Origin: an uncultured Prochlorococcus sp.
Lineage (GTDB): Bacteria > Cyanobacteriota > Cyanobacteriia > PCC-6307 > Cyanobiaceae
Length of the DNA stretch: 64,000 bases
Assembly (NCBI GenBank): GCA_902536455.1
Contig: CACAXN010000003.1
Coordinates: 18,435-82,434, forward strand
Direction of reading: 5' to 3'
Shown in pieces: positions 31,343 to 42,429 of this stretch; position 1 is the stretch's first letter; each line of letters begins with the position of its first letter. The notes beneath the pieces are model-generated. The model searched no databases. It saw nothing but the letters and a program-made list of their open reading frames with translations, and was not told where the DNA came from. The position numbers were made by a program, and so were the translations under genes.

Positions 31343-32413
31343 TTATCTGCTAACAAATTGATTCTTAATTAACTGAGCTAAATTACCAAATGCAATAGAA
31401 CTTTCTTTATTTGGCTGGCTTATTGAGATTGGTACACCTTTATTGCTTTCATCAACGAGAGGAATTTCGATAGGGATTTGGGCTAATAATGGCAAATCAC
31501 TTTCTTTAGCTAATGTTTGTCCACCACCTTTACCAAAAATTTCATATTTTTTACTTGGCATATCCGGAGGAATAAATACTGACATATTTTCTACAATTCC
31601 GAGTAAAGGCACTTCGAGTTGTTTAAACATTGCCAATCCCCTCCTTGCATCTTGCAAAGATACTTGTTGAGGAGTAGTGACAACAATTGCTCCAGAAATA
31701 GGCACAGATTGAGATAGGGATATTTGAGCATCCCCAGTGCCTGGAGGCAAGTCAATAACCAAAAAATCAAGATTATTCCATTCAACTTGGTACAAAAATT
31801 GTCGGATAATACTGTTAAGCATTGGTCCTCTCCATATAACAGGTTGACCTTCTTCTATTAGGAAACCCATTGATACCAAAGAAATTCCATATTTATTTAT
31901 TGGTATTAACCTTTGATCACTGCCACTACCTTCTTTAACCTTTGGATTCTCTTCAGCAACCCCCATCATTGATGGAGTATTAGGTCCATATATATCCGCA
32001 TCTAGCAAACCAGTTTTTAAGCCTAATTTAGCTAGAGAACAAGCGAGATTAACTGCAATGGTACTTTTTCCAACTCCGCCTTTACCACTACTAACAGCTA
32101 TGATATTTTGAATACCATCGATCTTCTGCAGCTCAGGAAAATTACCTTGAGTTTTGGATTCTGTTTTGGAAGGATCATTATCTATCTCTATTTGAACATC
32201 ATCAATATCTTCAAAATCAAGTAGTACTTTTCTAACCTCTTTTACAATTCTATCTCTCTGAGAATTTGCAAATGATGGTAATGATAATGTTACGATTACT
32301 CTTGGTATAGTTACTCTTACGTTTTTAATCCAAGCTAATTCAATTACATTTTTCTGTGATCCAGCATCTAGAACTTTTTGTAAAGCAAAATTCGCATCTT
32401 CTATAGTGGTCAT
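31343..32413 (-). CDS. mrp: Mrp/ApbC/NBP35-family Fe-S carrier ATPase
   Basis: SGKGGVGKST, DADIYGP, WRGPM, DLPPGTGD, ENMS. Confidence 0.92.
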   Translation of the reverse strand: MTTIEDANFALQKVLDAGSQKNVIELAWIKNVRVTIPRVIVTLSLPSFANSQRDRIVKEVRKVLLDFEDIDDVQIEIDNDPSKTESKTQGNFPELQKIDGIQNIIAVSSGKGGVGKSTIAVNLACSLAKLGLKTGLLDADIYGPNTPSMMGVAEENPKVKEGSGSDQRLIPINKYGISLVSMGFLIEEGQPVIWRGPMLNSIIRQFLYQVEWNNLDFLVIDLPPGTGDAQISLSQSVPISGAIVVTTPQQVSLQDARRGLAMFKQLEVPLLGIVENMSVFIPPDMPSKKYEIFGKGGGQTLAKESDLPLLAQIPIEIPLVDESNKGVPISISQPNKESSIAFGNLAQLIKNQFVSR

Positions 32414-32570
32414 TAAATTTTTAAATATTTTGACAAGGTAGTCGACTGTTTAAAAGATTAAGAACTATGTCGAACTATCAAATAATAGGCAATAAAGACC
32501 TCCTAAGAGAAATTATAAAGGGAAACCTATAATTATCCAAAAAATTTTTTCTTCAAGATTTACTAATTAC

Positions 32571-33599
32571 ATGTTCAGAGAACCTCCTAAAAACTCGAGA
32601 GAAAAAACTAAAAATCTCTTATTGACTCTACAAGAGAAAATTTGTTCAGGACTCGAAAATGTAGATGGCCAAGGAAAATTTATAGAAGAATCCTGGCTAA
32701 GAGACGAAGGCGGTGGTGGGAGATCAAGAGTATTGCAAAATGGTTCTATTTTTGAGCAAGCAGGAGTAAATTTCTCTGAAGTACAGGGAAAAGAATTACC
32801 TCAATCTATAATCTCTCAAAGGCCCGAAGCAAAAGGTCATGAATGGTTTGCTACGGGAACTTCTATGGTTTTGCATCCTAAGAATCCTTATATTCCTACA
32901 GTTCATCTGAATTATCGATATTTCGAAGCTGGTCCTGTTTGGTGGTTTGGAGGAGGTGCAGACTTAACCCCTTTTTATCCATATCTATCTGATGTGCGAA
33001 ATTTTCATAACGAGCATAAAAAAGCTTGTGAGAAAGTGGATAAAAATTTGCATAAAGTTTTCAAACCATGGTGTGATGAATATTTCTTCTTGAAGCATAG
33101 AAATGAATCTAGAGGCATAGGAGGTATTTTTTATGATTATCAAGATGGTTCAGGCGATATTTATAGAGGAAATAATCAAAATGGAGAAGCATCAAAAGCT
33201 TCGCAAAATATTGTTAATTCAAATCTAAATTGGGATAATTTATTTTCTCTCGCGGAAAACTGTGGGCAGGCATTCCTCCCTTCATATTTGCCCATTATTG
33301 AAAATAGAGCTGCTCAAAATTATTCATCTAAGGAAAGAGAATTCCAGCTATATCGAAGAGGTAGATATGTAGAATTCAATTTAGTTTGGGATAGAGGGAC
33401 GATTTTTGGACTACAAACAAACGGCAGGACTGAATCTATATTAATGTCCTTACCGCCTTTAGCCAGATGGGAGTATGGATATAAAGCTAAAAAGGGTTCT
33501 CGAGAGGAATTTCTCACATCAATTTTTACAAAACCCCAAGATTGGTTAAATGATAAAGAGTTAGAGAAATTTTGTAGAGAGAATAATATTTTTGATTAA
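32571..33599 (+). CDS. hemF: Oxygen-dependent coproporphyrinogen III oxidase
   Basis: [36 protein letters not shown]. Confidence 0.97.
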   Translation: MFREPPKNSREKTKNLLLTLQEKICSGLENVDGQGKFIEESWLRDEGGGGRSRVLQNGSIFEQAGVNFSEVQGKELPQSIISQRPEAKGHEWFATGTSMVLHPKNPYIPTVHLNYRYFEAGPVWWFGGGADLTPFYPYLSDVRNFHNEHKKACEKVDKNLHKVFKPWCDEYFFLKHRNESRGIGGIFYDYQDGSGDIYRGNNQNGEASKASQNIVNSNLNWDNLFSLAENCGQAFLPSYLPIIENRAAQNYSSKEREFQLYRRGRYVEFNLVWDRGTIFGLQTNGRTESILMSLPPLARWEYGYKAKKGSREEFLTSIFTKPQDWLNDKELEKFCRENNIFD

Positions 33600-33627
33600 A
33601 AATTATCGAATAACTTTTAAAAGTATC

Positions 33628-34185
33628 TTAAATAGGTGTCTTAAATAAAGAACCATCACTTTTTAATTGAAGTTTTTCTCCAAGTTCATTTTCTAAAGAG
33701 ATTAATTCATCCCTATGTGCTCTTAGTCTCATGAAAGTTAAATCATTTTTATTTTCGTTGATCAACCTTAATTCAAATTTCTCCTCTCTCGCTGATTTTT
33801 TAAAATAAACTATTCCAGACAAAGGGCCACCAATTAAACCCAAAAGAATAGGCCACCAACCTAATTTAGGATATATTTGAATAATTACTAATCCCAAAGC
33901 GCAAGAACCAAAACCACCAAGAAAACCTAAAAAAATTGCTAAAAATTTACTAGAAACAACTTGACCCTTGAATATTAAAATTCTTTGTTCAAAATCTCCT
34001 CCAGTTTGCTTCCATCCCCTCAAGTTAAGCCATTCGCATAAACCATTTAAAACCTTAACTGGCTGCTGAGAAGATGAAATCTCAACTATGGTTGTTCTAT
34101 CTTTACTGGAAGCCCTAAGAAAAAAAAATAATCCTATGGCCAAGAGTATTGTTAGCAATAATGTTGAATTTAAGGAATAGGACAT
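33628..34185 (-). CDS. CCB1-like cofactor assembly of complex C subunit B
   Basis: GLFFFLRASSKDR and AHRDEL motifs, three TM helices. Confidence 0.8.
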   Translation of the reverse strand: MSYSLNSTLLLTILLAIGLFFFLRASSKDRTTIVEISSSQQPVKVLNGLCEWLNLRGWKQTGGDFEQRILIFKGQVVSSKFLAIFLGFLGGFGSCALGLVIIQIYPKLGWWPILLGLIGGPLSGIVYFKKSAREEKFELRLINENKNDLTFMRLRAHRDELISLENELGEKLQLKSDGSLFKTPI

Positions 34186-34347
34186 TAAATAAATTTTCTA
34201 GTAACTCGAGAATAAAAATTAAAGTTACATCATATTATAATTTTTTAGAATTATTCTGTAAAATATTCGTATTAGATAAAAATTCTTAATTAAATAAAAT
34301 CTTAATTAATATTCTAAATCCTAAATTACTTTTAATACTTATTAAAA

Positions 34348-34983
34348 ATGACGATTGAAAATAAAAATATTGATCTTCTTTATAGCGATTTAACAGCAGA
34401 TTTATACAATCTTTATAGAAAATCATCTTACCTAGCTATTGACACTGAAGCAATGGGCTTAATTCATGGAAGAGATAGGCTCTGTTTAGTGCAAATATGC
34501 AATGAATTCAAAAGAACATCCTGTATAAAAATCGAACTTAATACATCTTCTTCACCTTATTTAAAAGCACTTCTTGAAGATGACAAAATCACTAAAATAT
34601 TTCACTATGCGAGATTTGATGTAGCAGCTCTAAAATGCAATCTTGAAATTAATACAAAAAATATTTTTTGTACAAAAATTGCTAGTAAGTTGGCAAGAAC
34701 TTATACAAATAAACACAGTTTAAAGGATTTAATTAATGAATTGTTAGGAGTAGAACTGGATAAAAGCTCGCAAAGTAGTGATTGGGGTAGTAACAAAGAT
34801 TTAACAAAAGATCAATTAGATTATGCAGCAAACGATGTTAGATATTTAATTGAAGCTATGCATAAATTAAAAGTTATCTTAGAAAGAGAGAATAGATATG
34901 AATTAGCTCAAAAATGTTTCGAAACAGTTTCTGTACATGCTGATTTAGACATACTGAAATTCTCAAATATATTTGAACATTAA
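34348..34983 (+). CDS. rnd: Ribonuclease D-like 3'-5' exonuclease
   Basis: AIDTE, FHYARFD, SDW, YAANDV (DEDDy). Confidence 0.9.
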   Translation: MTIENKNIDLLYSDLTADLYNLYRKSSYLAIDTEAMGLIHGRDRLCLVQICNEFKRTSCIKIELNTSSSPYLKALLEDDKITKIFHYARFDVAALKCNLEINTKNIFCTKIASKLARTYTNKHSLKDLINELLGVELDKSSQSSDWGSNKDLTKDQLDYAANDVRYLIEAMHKLKVILERENRYELAQKCFETVSVHADLDILKFSNIFEH

Positions 34984-34987
34984 AAAA

Positions 34988-35254
34988 TCAATCTTCAGTT
35001 AAAAAATTATCTTCACCCTCAATTGTTTCCATAAGTTTATCAAGTATTCTTGAAGAACTCAGTTTATCCCCATCATTTTTTTCACAAATTTTTAAGACAT
35101 TTTGCGCAACTTGTATTTTTTCTTGAATAGTTTTCGAGCCTTCTTTTGCAATTTGAATTTCTACTTTCTTCTTAGCAGAAGATAAACTTATACTCATAAG
35201 TTTTGCAATCTCTGAACAAATTTTTAGATATTGCCGATCATTTATTGGATACAT
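34988..35254 (-). CDS. Hypothetical protein
   Basis: 88-aa ORF filling the gap, acidic NFLTED C-terminus. Confidence 0.7.
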   Translation of the reverse strand: MYPINDRQYLKICSEIAKLMSISLSSAKKKVEIQIAKEGSKTIQEKIQVAQNVLKICEKNDGDKLSSSRILDKLMETIEGEDNFLTED

Positions 35255-35283
35255 ATAAAGAATTAATAAGCTAGTGCCATTTA

Positions 35284-36513
35284 CTAAGATAACAAATGAA
35301 GGTTTATGGCATCTACGATTTTCTTACTTGCTCCAGATTCACCCATTCTTTTTTTCCCAATTTTTGCTTGTTCTAACCTATCAACTTTTCCTTTCAAAAG
35401 TAAACTTAAACGTTTTAAAAGAATTTTTTTGTTCTTGCAAACTAAAACACTACCTCCCAATAATCTTGATTGCCTTTTTGCAAATGATTTTGTGAATTGT
35501 GGTCCAGGTCCCGGTAGAGAAAGAGATGGAATTCCAAGGCCAGTAATTTGCTCTGTAGCAGTTCCTGCATTAGACAAGCCAACTTCTGCCATATTGGCCC
35601 ATGAATTGAATTTACCTTTTCCAATTACTACATATTGATCTTTCTTTTTCCATACTGAATCTTCATCAATTAGAAATTTAACTTTACTCTGCTTTATAAA
35701 ACCATATTTATTTAAATAACTTTGAATTTGAATCACATTCGCATTAATGCTCAAAGGCAAAAGTATTACCAAATCCTTTGATAAATCAAAATCTTGCAAA
35801 CAATTAAGAAAATTATCAAGATTTTTAAGGGCTTCAGGGTATCTACTTCCAACTAATAAAATAATCCTTTTAAAAGAAATAATATTTGATATCTTCTCGT
35901 TTGTAACATTAACAAAATCCATCATTGGATTACCAAAGTATTTTGCGTCAATATTTTTTTTATTCAAATTATTAGCTGTAATTTTATCTCTCATTATTAA
36001 ATTTTTACATCTTGGAGATTTCATTAAAAACATTTCCCATGGATCCCATTCAGAACCTTTCAACTTATGATAAAAATCGCTTAACTCCCAACCTGGGCCA
36101 CTACTCCAAGTATGATCACTTTTTGGAGTTCCAATAAAACTAAATTCGCATTCTGAACTCCAAGCATAAAGTAATGGCAAGAAATCTCCTACAGCGATAA
36201 TTTTGCAGTTATTTTTTGACTTCTGCTTTATAAGTAGAAAATTTCTTAAATTATCGATTAAAAATCCTGCAAACAAATCAAGCACAAATCCCTTCAGACT
36301 TTGATTACTAAAACCTCCACTAGGCAGTTCTTTTAAATATCCTATTTTACGAAAATTCTTTGATTTTATGGAATTAAATACATCTCCATTTCCTACCAAC
36401 GGCAAAACTTCAATATTTTTATTTTTAATTTTTTTTAGTAATCTTTTTATTATTTCCGATGCTATTACATCTTCTCCATGACCATTGCATATAAACAATA
36501 TAGAATGAGACAC
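35284..36513 (-). CDS. Lipid-A-disaccharide synthase-related (LpxB-like) glycosyltransferase
   Basis: CNGHGED, LPSGGF, GNPMMD, LLVGSR.PEA, AGTATEQ, GPQFT; start moved to GTG 36513 to avoid tRNA-Cys. Confidence 0.82.
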   Translation of the reverse strand: MSHSILFICNGHGEDVIASEIIKRLLKKIKNKNIEVLPLVGNGDVFNSIKSKNFRKIGYLKELPSGGFSNQSLKGFVLDLFAGFLIDNLRNFLLIKQKSKNNCKIIAVGDFLPLLYAWSSECEFSFIGTPKSDHTWSSGPGWELSDFYHKLKGSEWDPWEMFLMKSPRCKNLIMRDKITANNLNKKNIDAKYFGNPMMDFVNVTNEKISNIISFKRIILLVGSRYPEALKNLDNFLNCLQDFDLSKDLVILLPLSINANVIQIQSYLNKYGFIKQSKVKFLIDEDSVWKKKDQYVVIGKGKFNSWANMAEVGLSNAGTATEQITGLGIPSLSLPGPGPQFTKSFAKRQSRLLGGSVLVCKNKKILLKRLSLLLKGKVDRLEQAKIGKKRMGESGASKKIVDAINLHLLS

Positions 36514-36555
36514 CTTACTGTTAAGATCATAAAAAGATTTAATCGAATCTTTTTC

Positions 36556-36626
36556 GGCGGCATGGCCAAGTGGTAAGGCAGAGGATTGCAAATCCTTTAT
36601 CCCCAGTTCGAATCTGGGTGCCGCCT
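36556..36626 (+). tRNA. trnC: tRNA-Cys(GCA)
   Basis: GGCGGCA/TGCCGCC acceptor, GAGGA-TTGCAAA-TCCTT arm, GTTCGAATC. Confidence 0.97.
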
Positions 36627-36838
36627 TATTTAATGTTTTTACGCATTTAATGATGAAGTTTTCGAAGAACTTCAATTTTAAATAATAAGGGTTATCAAGT
36701 TTCAATTACTTATTGATATATAGAAAAAATCTTTTCTTTATTATTGATAAATAATACTCTATATCGATTAATAAATAAAATTAAATGGATTTATTAATTA
36801 TTTTCATCAGATGATTTATTTATATATATTTGAATAAT

Positions 36839-37006
36839 TTAGTAATCATTATCTGCAACACACATTCCTAAACATCTAACACCATTTGATGCAGTCCTTT
36901 TGCAATGATTACATAAAATGGGATCTTTCTCTGAAGTAAGGTTAATTTTTGAATTATTTTGGTCTTTAAGACTTATTATTTTTTGTGTTGAATCAAATAG
37001 AGTCAT
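36839..37006 (-). CDS. Putative 55-aa cysteine-rich microprotein
   Basis: CNHC-x9-CLGMC motif near C-terminus; ATG overlaps the end of the upstream gene; start uncertain. Confidence 0.55.
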   Translation of the reverse strand: MTLFDSTQKIISLKDQNNSKINLTSEKDPILCNHCKRTASNGVRCLGMCVADNDY

Positions 37007-37637
37007 TCTTGGAATCATCACTTGAATCGATACTAACAACAAGTGAAGCATTTGTGTTGGAGGAGGGTATATCCATAATTTTTACAGTTTCTTTAGGCTC
37101 ATCAATAACTTGATTTTCTTCAGAACTCTCATCAACTGCACAAGCTTCAAGAGCCTCTCGTAGTAGTGAATCAAAAGTTGCTCCAGGCAATCTATGTCTA
37201 GCAACCTCAAGAAAAGTTCTCGGTAACGATTCAGATGCAGCATCTCGTAAAGCAGGATTATTCTTTCTATGTTCTTGTTCTTCCTCTATTGATTTAATAA
37301 ACCTTAGTGTGACATCTCTTTTGGTAGAGGCTTTTATCAGCGTATCGTTTTCAGGATTACTAACATTAGGTTCATTTTCAAGATCATTAAGTCTTTTTTC
37401 CAAACTATTTAAAACTTCATTAGCTTCCTTACTAATATGCGCTAATTGGCCATCGGACAAATTAGGTAAATCAGCGACAAAAACTTTCCCATGATCCCTT
37501 AATGTCAAGAAAGTTGGTCTTGGGCCTTGAGCCTGTCTACCAAATGATTCAGAATTATTACCTAATGGTCTTTTTGGAGGTGTAGGGCCAGCTGAACTAC
37601 GTCTACGTGTAATTCTTTGATTATTTGCAAAGGGCAT
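36993..37637 (-). CDS. Hypothetical protein
   Basis: 214-aa ORF, Arg/Pro-rich N-terminus, helical core, acidic tail. Confidence 0.8.
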   Translation of the reverse strand: MPFANNQRITRRRSSAGPTPPKRPLGNNSESFGRQAQGPRPTFLTLRDHGKVFVADLPNLSDGQLAHISKEANEVLNSLEKRLNDLENEPNVSNPENDTLIKASTKRDVTLRFIKSIEEEQEHRKNNPALRDAASESLPRTFLEVARHRLPGATFDSLLREALEACAVDESSEENQVIDEPKETVKIMDIPSSNTNASLVVSIDSSDDSKNDSI

Positions 37638-37769
37638 TGAATAAAGGGTAAATCTTAATACTTAAACTTCCGATATAATTCGGCGGTAATTTTATTATAT
37701 TACACTTAACTTTTTCATTTGGGTATAAAAAATAATTTTTTAAAACTCATTGAAAAAATATAAAAAATT

Positions 37770-38813
37770 TTAGGTTAAGATTTCTGGCAAAAATTTACTA
37801 TTTGTTGAATCATTTTTTCGAACTATCTTTCCAATTTCCCAACTATCTATGTCATGATCTTTACAAATGGTTAATACCGCGTCCTTAAATTGTTTATCAA
37901 TTATTAAACAAAATCCCACACCAAGATTGAAAGTATTCCAAAAATCTTTTTTAGGAATCGATCCTTCATCTTTAAGGAATTTAAATAAAATAGGTATTTC
38001 CCAAGAACTGGTATTGATATAAGGAATAAATTCAGACGGAATACATCTTGGTAAATTTTCTGGAATTCCTCCTCCAGTAATATGAGACATTGCTTTAATT
38101 TCTATATTTTCAGATAAAATTTGGTTAATCAAATTATTGTAAATTTTTGTAGGTTTCAATAACTCATCATAAAAATTTAAGTGAGAAACTTTTTTAAATT
38201 CTTTATCTATTTGATTATTGTTTTGAATTATTTTTCTTATTAAACTAAATCCGTTACTATGAACTCCATTACTTTTTAAAGCAATTATTAGATCATTTTC
38301 AGATACTTTTTTACCATTAATAAGCTTATCCTCATCAACTATTCCTACACAAAATCCCGCAAGATCATACTTATTTTTTGAATAAAATCCTGGCATTTCA
38401 GCAGTTTCTCCACCAAGTAATGAACAGTTATTTTCTCTGCAACCATGTGAAATACCCTGCACAACCCTCAATAATTGTTTCTTATCAAGTTTACCAGTAG
38501 CAATATAATCGAGAAAAAATAAAGGTTTAGCTCCGCTAGTAATAATATCATTCATACACATTGCAACTAAATCAATACCAACCTCAAAGTGAAAGTTTTT
38601 ACTTTGGGCTAATTCTAATTTTGTACCAACACCATCAGTTCCTGAAACAAGAACTGGTTTTTTAAAACAATCGATAGGAATTCTAAACAAACCTCCGAAC
38701 CCACCAATACCTTCAATCACATTAGATGAATGAGTTCCTTCAACTGCCTGTTTAATTTCAGAAACAAATTCTCGACCAGCTTCTATATCAACACCTGATG
38801 TTTTGTAATCCAT
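37770..38813 (-). CDS. purM: Phosphoribosylformylglycinamidine cyclo-ligase
   Basis: GTDGVGTK, GGETAEMPG, HITGGG. Confidence 0.97.
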   Translation of the reverse strand: MDYKTSGVDIEAGREFVSEIKQAVEGTHSSNVIEGIGGFGGLFRIPIDCFKKPVLVSGTDGVGTKLELAQSKNFHFEVGIDLVAMCMNDIITSGAKPLFFLDYIATGKLDKKQLLRVVQGISHGCRENNCSLLGGETAEMPGFYSKNKYDLAGFCVGIVDEDKLINGKKVSENDLIIALKSNGVHSNGFSLIRKIIQNNNQIDKEFKKVSHLNFYDELLKPTKIYNNLINQILSENIEIKAMSHITGGGIPENLPRCIPSEFIPYINTSSWEIPILFKFLKDEGSIPKKDFWNTFNLGVGFCLIIDKQFKDAVLTICKDHDIDSWEIGKIVRKNDSTNSKFLPEILT

Positions 38814-38910
38814 GAAATAAAAATGATAGACTTTCCCTATATAGATATTCCTCCTAAGATTGCTTTTGTCCAGTAATTATTTATCAAATAGATTTATTTT
38901 AAAAAACAAA

Positions 38911-40443
38911 GTGGAGAAATTAATCATAAGGAATACTGAAGAAATCGAAAATTGGAGAAGAAATATTAATAGTGAAATTAACTTCATTCCAACAATGGGT
39001 AATCTTCATAATGGACATATAAAACTAATAACAACAGCAAAAAATGACAATTCTAATGTTAATTTAGTAAGTATTTTTATTAATCCACTTCAATTTGATA
39101 ACAAGTTAGATTTAGAGAATTACCCTAAAACAATTGATAATGATATAAAAATTTCATTTTCAAATGGCGCAGATGTCATCTTCATCCCAAGCAATGAAGA
39201 TATATATCCACCGAATAATAAAAATATCAAATTACTAAAAGCTCAAATAGAATTATCTTCTGCATTATGTGGATTAAATAGAATTGGACATTTTGATGGG
39301 GTTTGTACAGTAGTTTATAGATTACTTAATCTAATCAAGCCCAAAAATCTTTACTTAGGAGAAAAAGATTGGCAACAACTTTTAATTATAAAAAATCTTG
39401 TCCAAAGAAAGAAATTAAATGTTGCTATTAAATCTATTCCTACACAAAGAGATTTTGATGGAATTCCTTTAAGTTCACGTAATGTACATTTATCAAAAAA
39501 CGAAAGAAAATTGATTAGGTTTTTTTCAAGTGAGTTATTAGAAGCAAAAAAAAATTTTCAAAAAGAAAAAAAAATCAATTTAAACAAATTGACTAAAAAG
39601 CTATCAGCAAGAAAAATTTCAATTGAATATTTAGAACATTTACACCCTCATACACTCCAAAAAGCAAGGCTTGAGGATAACATTTCGTTACTGGCTGGTG
39701 CGATAAGATGTGGTGAGACAAGATTAATTGATCACGTTTTTCTGATGAAAAGAAGGCCGATTATTGCAATTGATGGTCCTGCAGGGTCAGGTAAAAGCAC
39801 TGTAACAAAGTTAATAGCGAAGAAACTTAAACTTTTGTATTTAGATACAGGAGCAATGTATAGGGCATTGAGTTGGCTTATGATAAAAGAAAGTATTGAT
39901 TATAAAAAAGAAAAAAATTTACAGAATATTCTTAAAGATATATCTATTGTTTTCAAGCCGAATACAAATTCACATCAAGATGTTTATGTTAATAACTACT
40001 GTGTTACTGAAGAAATTAGGTCACAAAAGATAACTTCCATCGTTTCTAAAATTTCCTCAATAAAAGAAGTAAGAAAATTCTTAGTAGAAGAACAAAGAAA
40101 AATTGGAGAATCAGGCGGACTTGTAGCTGAGGGAAGAGACATTGGAACTACTGTTTTTCCTCATGCAGAACTCAAAATATTTTTAACTGCTAGCATCGAT
40201 GAAAGAGCAAAAAGAAGAAAATCTGATAAAAATAGTAAAGACTCACAAGAAATAGACCTTCATTCATTAAAAGAACTTATAAAGAAAAGAGATTTTGAAG
40301 ATTCCAATAGGGAAATTTCACCTCTAATAAAAGCGAATGACGCAATAGAAATTATTACAGATGGATATTCAATTAATGAGGTAGTGGATAAAATTATTGA
40401 TCTTTATAATGACCAGATTCCTAAAGAGATTGAGATCAAATAA
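38911..40443 (+). CDS. panC-cmk: Bifunctional pantoate--beta-alanine ligase / cytidylate kinase
   Basis: PTMGNLHNGH, GEKDWQQ, SSRN, then IDGPAGSGKST and EGRDIGT; start at GTG 38911. Confidence 0.95.
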   Translation: MEKLIIRNTEEIENWRRNINSEINFIPTMGNLHNGHIKLITTAKNDNSNVNLVSIFINPLQFDNKLDLENYPKTIDNDIKISFSNGADVIFIPSNEDIYPPNNKNIKLLKAQIELSSALCGLNRIGHFDGVCTVVYRLLNLIKPKNLYLGEKDWQQLLIIKNLVQRKKLNVAIKSIPTQRDFDGIPLSSRNVHLSKNERKLIRFFSSELLEAKKNFQKEKKINLNKLTKKLSARKISIEYLEHLHPHTLQKARLEDNISLLAGAIRCGETRLIDHVFLMKRRPIIAIDGPAGSGKSTVTKLIAKKLKLLYLDTGAMYRALSWLMIKESIDYKKEKNLQNILKDISIVFKPNTNSHQDVYVNNYCVTEEIRSQKITSIVSKISSIKEVRKFLVEEQRKIGESGGLVAEGRDIGTTVFPHAELKIFLTASIDERAKRRKSDKNSKDSQEIDLHSLKELIKKRDFEDSNREISPLIKANDAIEIITDGYSINEVVDKIIDLYNDQIPKEIEIK

Positions 40444-40445
40444 AT

Positions 40446-40919
40446 TCAAGAAATACTTTCCAAAAAACCATTTACAGAGTCTTCTAAAATATCAAGGACA
40501 TAATCGAAGCCCTCATCACCTCCAAAATACGGGTCAGGAACTTCTTGTTCATTAAAAACTGATCTAAAATCTTGTATTTTTTTAATAGATGCAAAATCAG
40601 TTGAAGCTGTTCTATTTTTAAGGTCTTGAATATTTCTCAAATTGGAGTCGTCCATCGCAAGAATATAGCTAAATTCGTCAAAATCATTGCTAGTAATTTG
40701 ACGAGCTCTGCTTAAGATATTTATATTTCTTTTTTCTGCCGCAATTCTCATCCTAGAGTCAGCTTTTTTTCCAATATGCCAACTCCCAGTTCCAGCAGAA
40801 TCTACAATAAAGCCATCGGTTAATCCCTTTCTTTCAAGTAGACCTATAAAGATAGCCTCTGCTGCAGGTGACCTACAAATATTTCCCAAACATACAAAAA
40901 GAACAGAAATTTTTTTCAT
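40446..40919 (-). CDS. Low molecular weight protein-tyrosine phosphatase
   Basis: CLGNICRS P-loop, DSAGT, DPYFG. Confidence 0.93.
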   Translation of the reverse strand: MKKISVLFVCLGNICRSPAAEAIFIGLLERKGLTDGFIVDSAGTGSWHIGKKADSRMRIAAEKRNINILSRARQITSNDFDEFSYILAMDDSNLRNIQDLKNRTASTDFASIKKIQDFRSVFNEQEVPDPYFGGDEGFDYVLDILEDSVNGFLESIS

Positions 40920-40950
40920 ATGATTCAGATTTCATTACATTATAAGACTT

Positions 40951-41712
40951 TTAAGTAGTAAATAAAACTTCTTTAATTAAAGATTCAGTAAATTCTTTGC
41001 CAAACAAACTCGACAACATTGGCCTTGCTGGATCGTTATCTCTTCTATATTTTAAATAATTATTTTGACCATTTATTAATTCTTTTTGCACTACCATATT
41101 GGCTTCTTTGCTTTCGAAAAGAATATCCAAATACAAATCAAGATATTCCTTAAATGAAGTATAAAGCTGATTAGCAATTAAAAAATCACTTCTTTCTTCT
41201 TTTGGTAATTTTGACCAGATTACTCCTGGAGAAAAAAATTTAGCTACATCTGTAGACATTTTTTCAGCTATTGGGAGTGATGAATGACAATGATTTTTTA
41301 GTTTTAAAAGTTTTTCTAATAACTCATTATTGTATTGATTTTGTATTTTTAATGAAGGCTGAAAATCTAATACTAATAAATGACTATTAGGTAGAGAAAC
41401 AAAATCTACTCCAAAAAATGGGACATTATAAACAGTATTAGGAATAATTAAAAAATTTAAAACAGAATAATTTGGACTATTTATACACACTGCTCTTGCG
41501 AATTGAATTCTTTTTTTATGTGTTACACCCCAAGTAGAGAGATTCACATTTTTTTTTGATTTTTTTGAACCATAAGTTGAATCTTTATAGGAATATTCCG
41601 AGGGTATTATTTTTTCTAAACAGTTATATTTACTTAAATTATTAGTTAAATATTTTAGAAAATTATGCCATCTCCAATCAGGCCTGTAAAAAATAGTATC
41701 TTGTATTAACAT
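40951..41712 (-). CDS. pebB: Phycoerythrobilin:ferredoxin oxidoreductase
   Basis: Ferredoxin-dependent bilin reductase motifs [20 protein letters not shown]; follows pebA. Confidence 0.88.
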   Translation of the reverse strand: MLIQDTIFYRPDWRWHNFLKYLTNNLSKYNCLEKIIPSEYSYKDSTYGSKKSKKNVNLSTWGVTHKKRIQFARAVCINSPNYSVLNFLIIPNTVYNVPFFGVDFVSLPNSHLLVLDFQPSLKIQNQYNNELLEKLLKLKNHCHSSLPIAEKMSTDVAKFFSPGVIWSKLPKEERSDFLIANQLYTSFKEYLDLYLDILFESKEANMVVQKELINGQNNYLKYRRDNDPARPMLSSLFGKEFTESLIKEVLFTT

Positions 41713-42423
41713 TCAATTAAGAATCTCATTATTTAATGTAAAAAGAAATTTATTGATAAATTTTTTTGTCCATTTTTCTCCAAAAAAAGATTTGAACAAC
41801 TTATCTGCAGGATCTTTTTCAAAACTGTACTTATCATATTTAATTTGATTAATCTTTATTTCTTCCGCATTTAAAAATTGATTAACAGGATTCGATTTAT
41901 AAATGTTCAAATAGTTATTTACAAATGAATGAAATATATTATTTAAATCTCTATCAAGATTTAATTTATTTCCTCTACATATAATCACCCATGGGGAAAA
42001 ATACTTTTTTGAATCATATATATTCTTCATTTTATTATTATCAAATGCTGAATATTTTTTCTTAATACTACCTAAACTTGAACAATATTTTTCAAGATAC
42101 TTGCCTTCTTGAATTAAAGGTTGATAATCAAGAATTGCTAATAACTTTTTAGAAGTTCCAAACCATAAAATATCAGCTCCTAAAATAGGCATTTCACTAT
42201 CAAAATTTGGATATGCGACCGTATTAAAAACTTGCAGTTTTTTGCCACCATCTAATCTTGTTATTCGCCACTTTCTATATTCGGGAGATGAAAAAAGCCA
42301 ATTTTTAATAATATATTTTGAGTCTTCATTATGATGTTCTTTGAATTCGCTAGATATTTCTACTTCATTTCCATTTAATTCATCAATATTGGTTTTAAGG
42401 AAATCAACTAATGAATCAAACAT
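41713..42423 (-). CDS. pebA: 15,16-dihydrobiliverdin:ferredoxin oxidoreductase
   Basis: [34 protein letters not shown]. Confidence 0.9.
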   Translation of the reverse strand: MFDSLVDFLKTNIDELNGNEVEISSEFKEHHNEDSKYIIKNWLFSSPEYRKWRITRLDGGKKLQVFNTVAYPNFDSEMPILGADILWFGTSKKLLAILDYQPLIQEGKYLEKYCSSLGSIKKKYSAFDNNKMKNIYDSKKYFSPWVIICRGNKLNLDRDLNNIFHSFVNNYLNIYKSNPVNQFLNAEEIKINQIKYDKYSFEKDPADKLFKSFFGEKWTKKFINKFLFTLNNEILN

Positions 42424-42429
42424 AAATTA

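Noticed and set aside
36514-36705. Apparent CDS overlapping tRNA-Cys on the opposite strand
   Set aside because: ORF extension artefact; family similarity begins at GTG 36513
38911-40443. PanC-Cmk fusion
   Set aside because: Well-known cyanobacterial fusion
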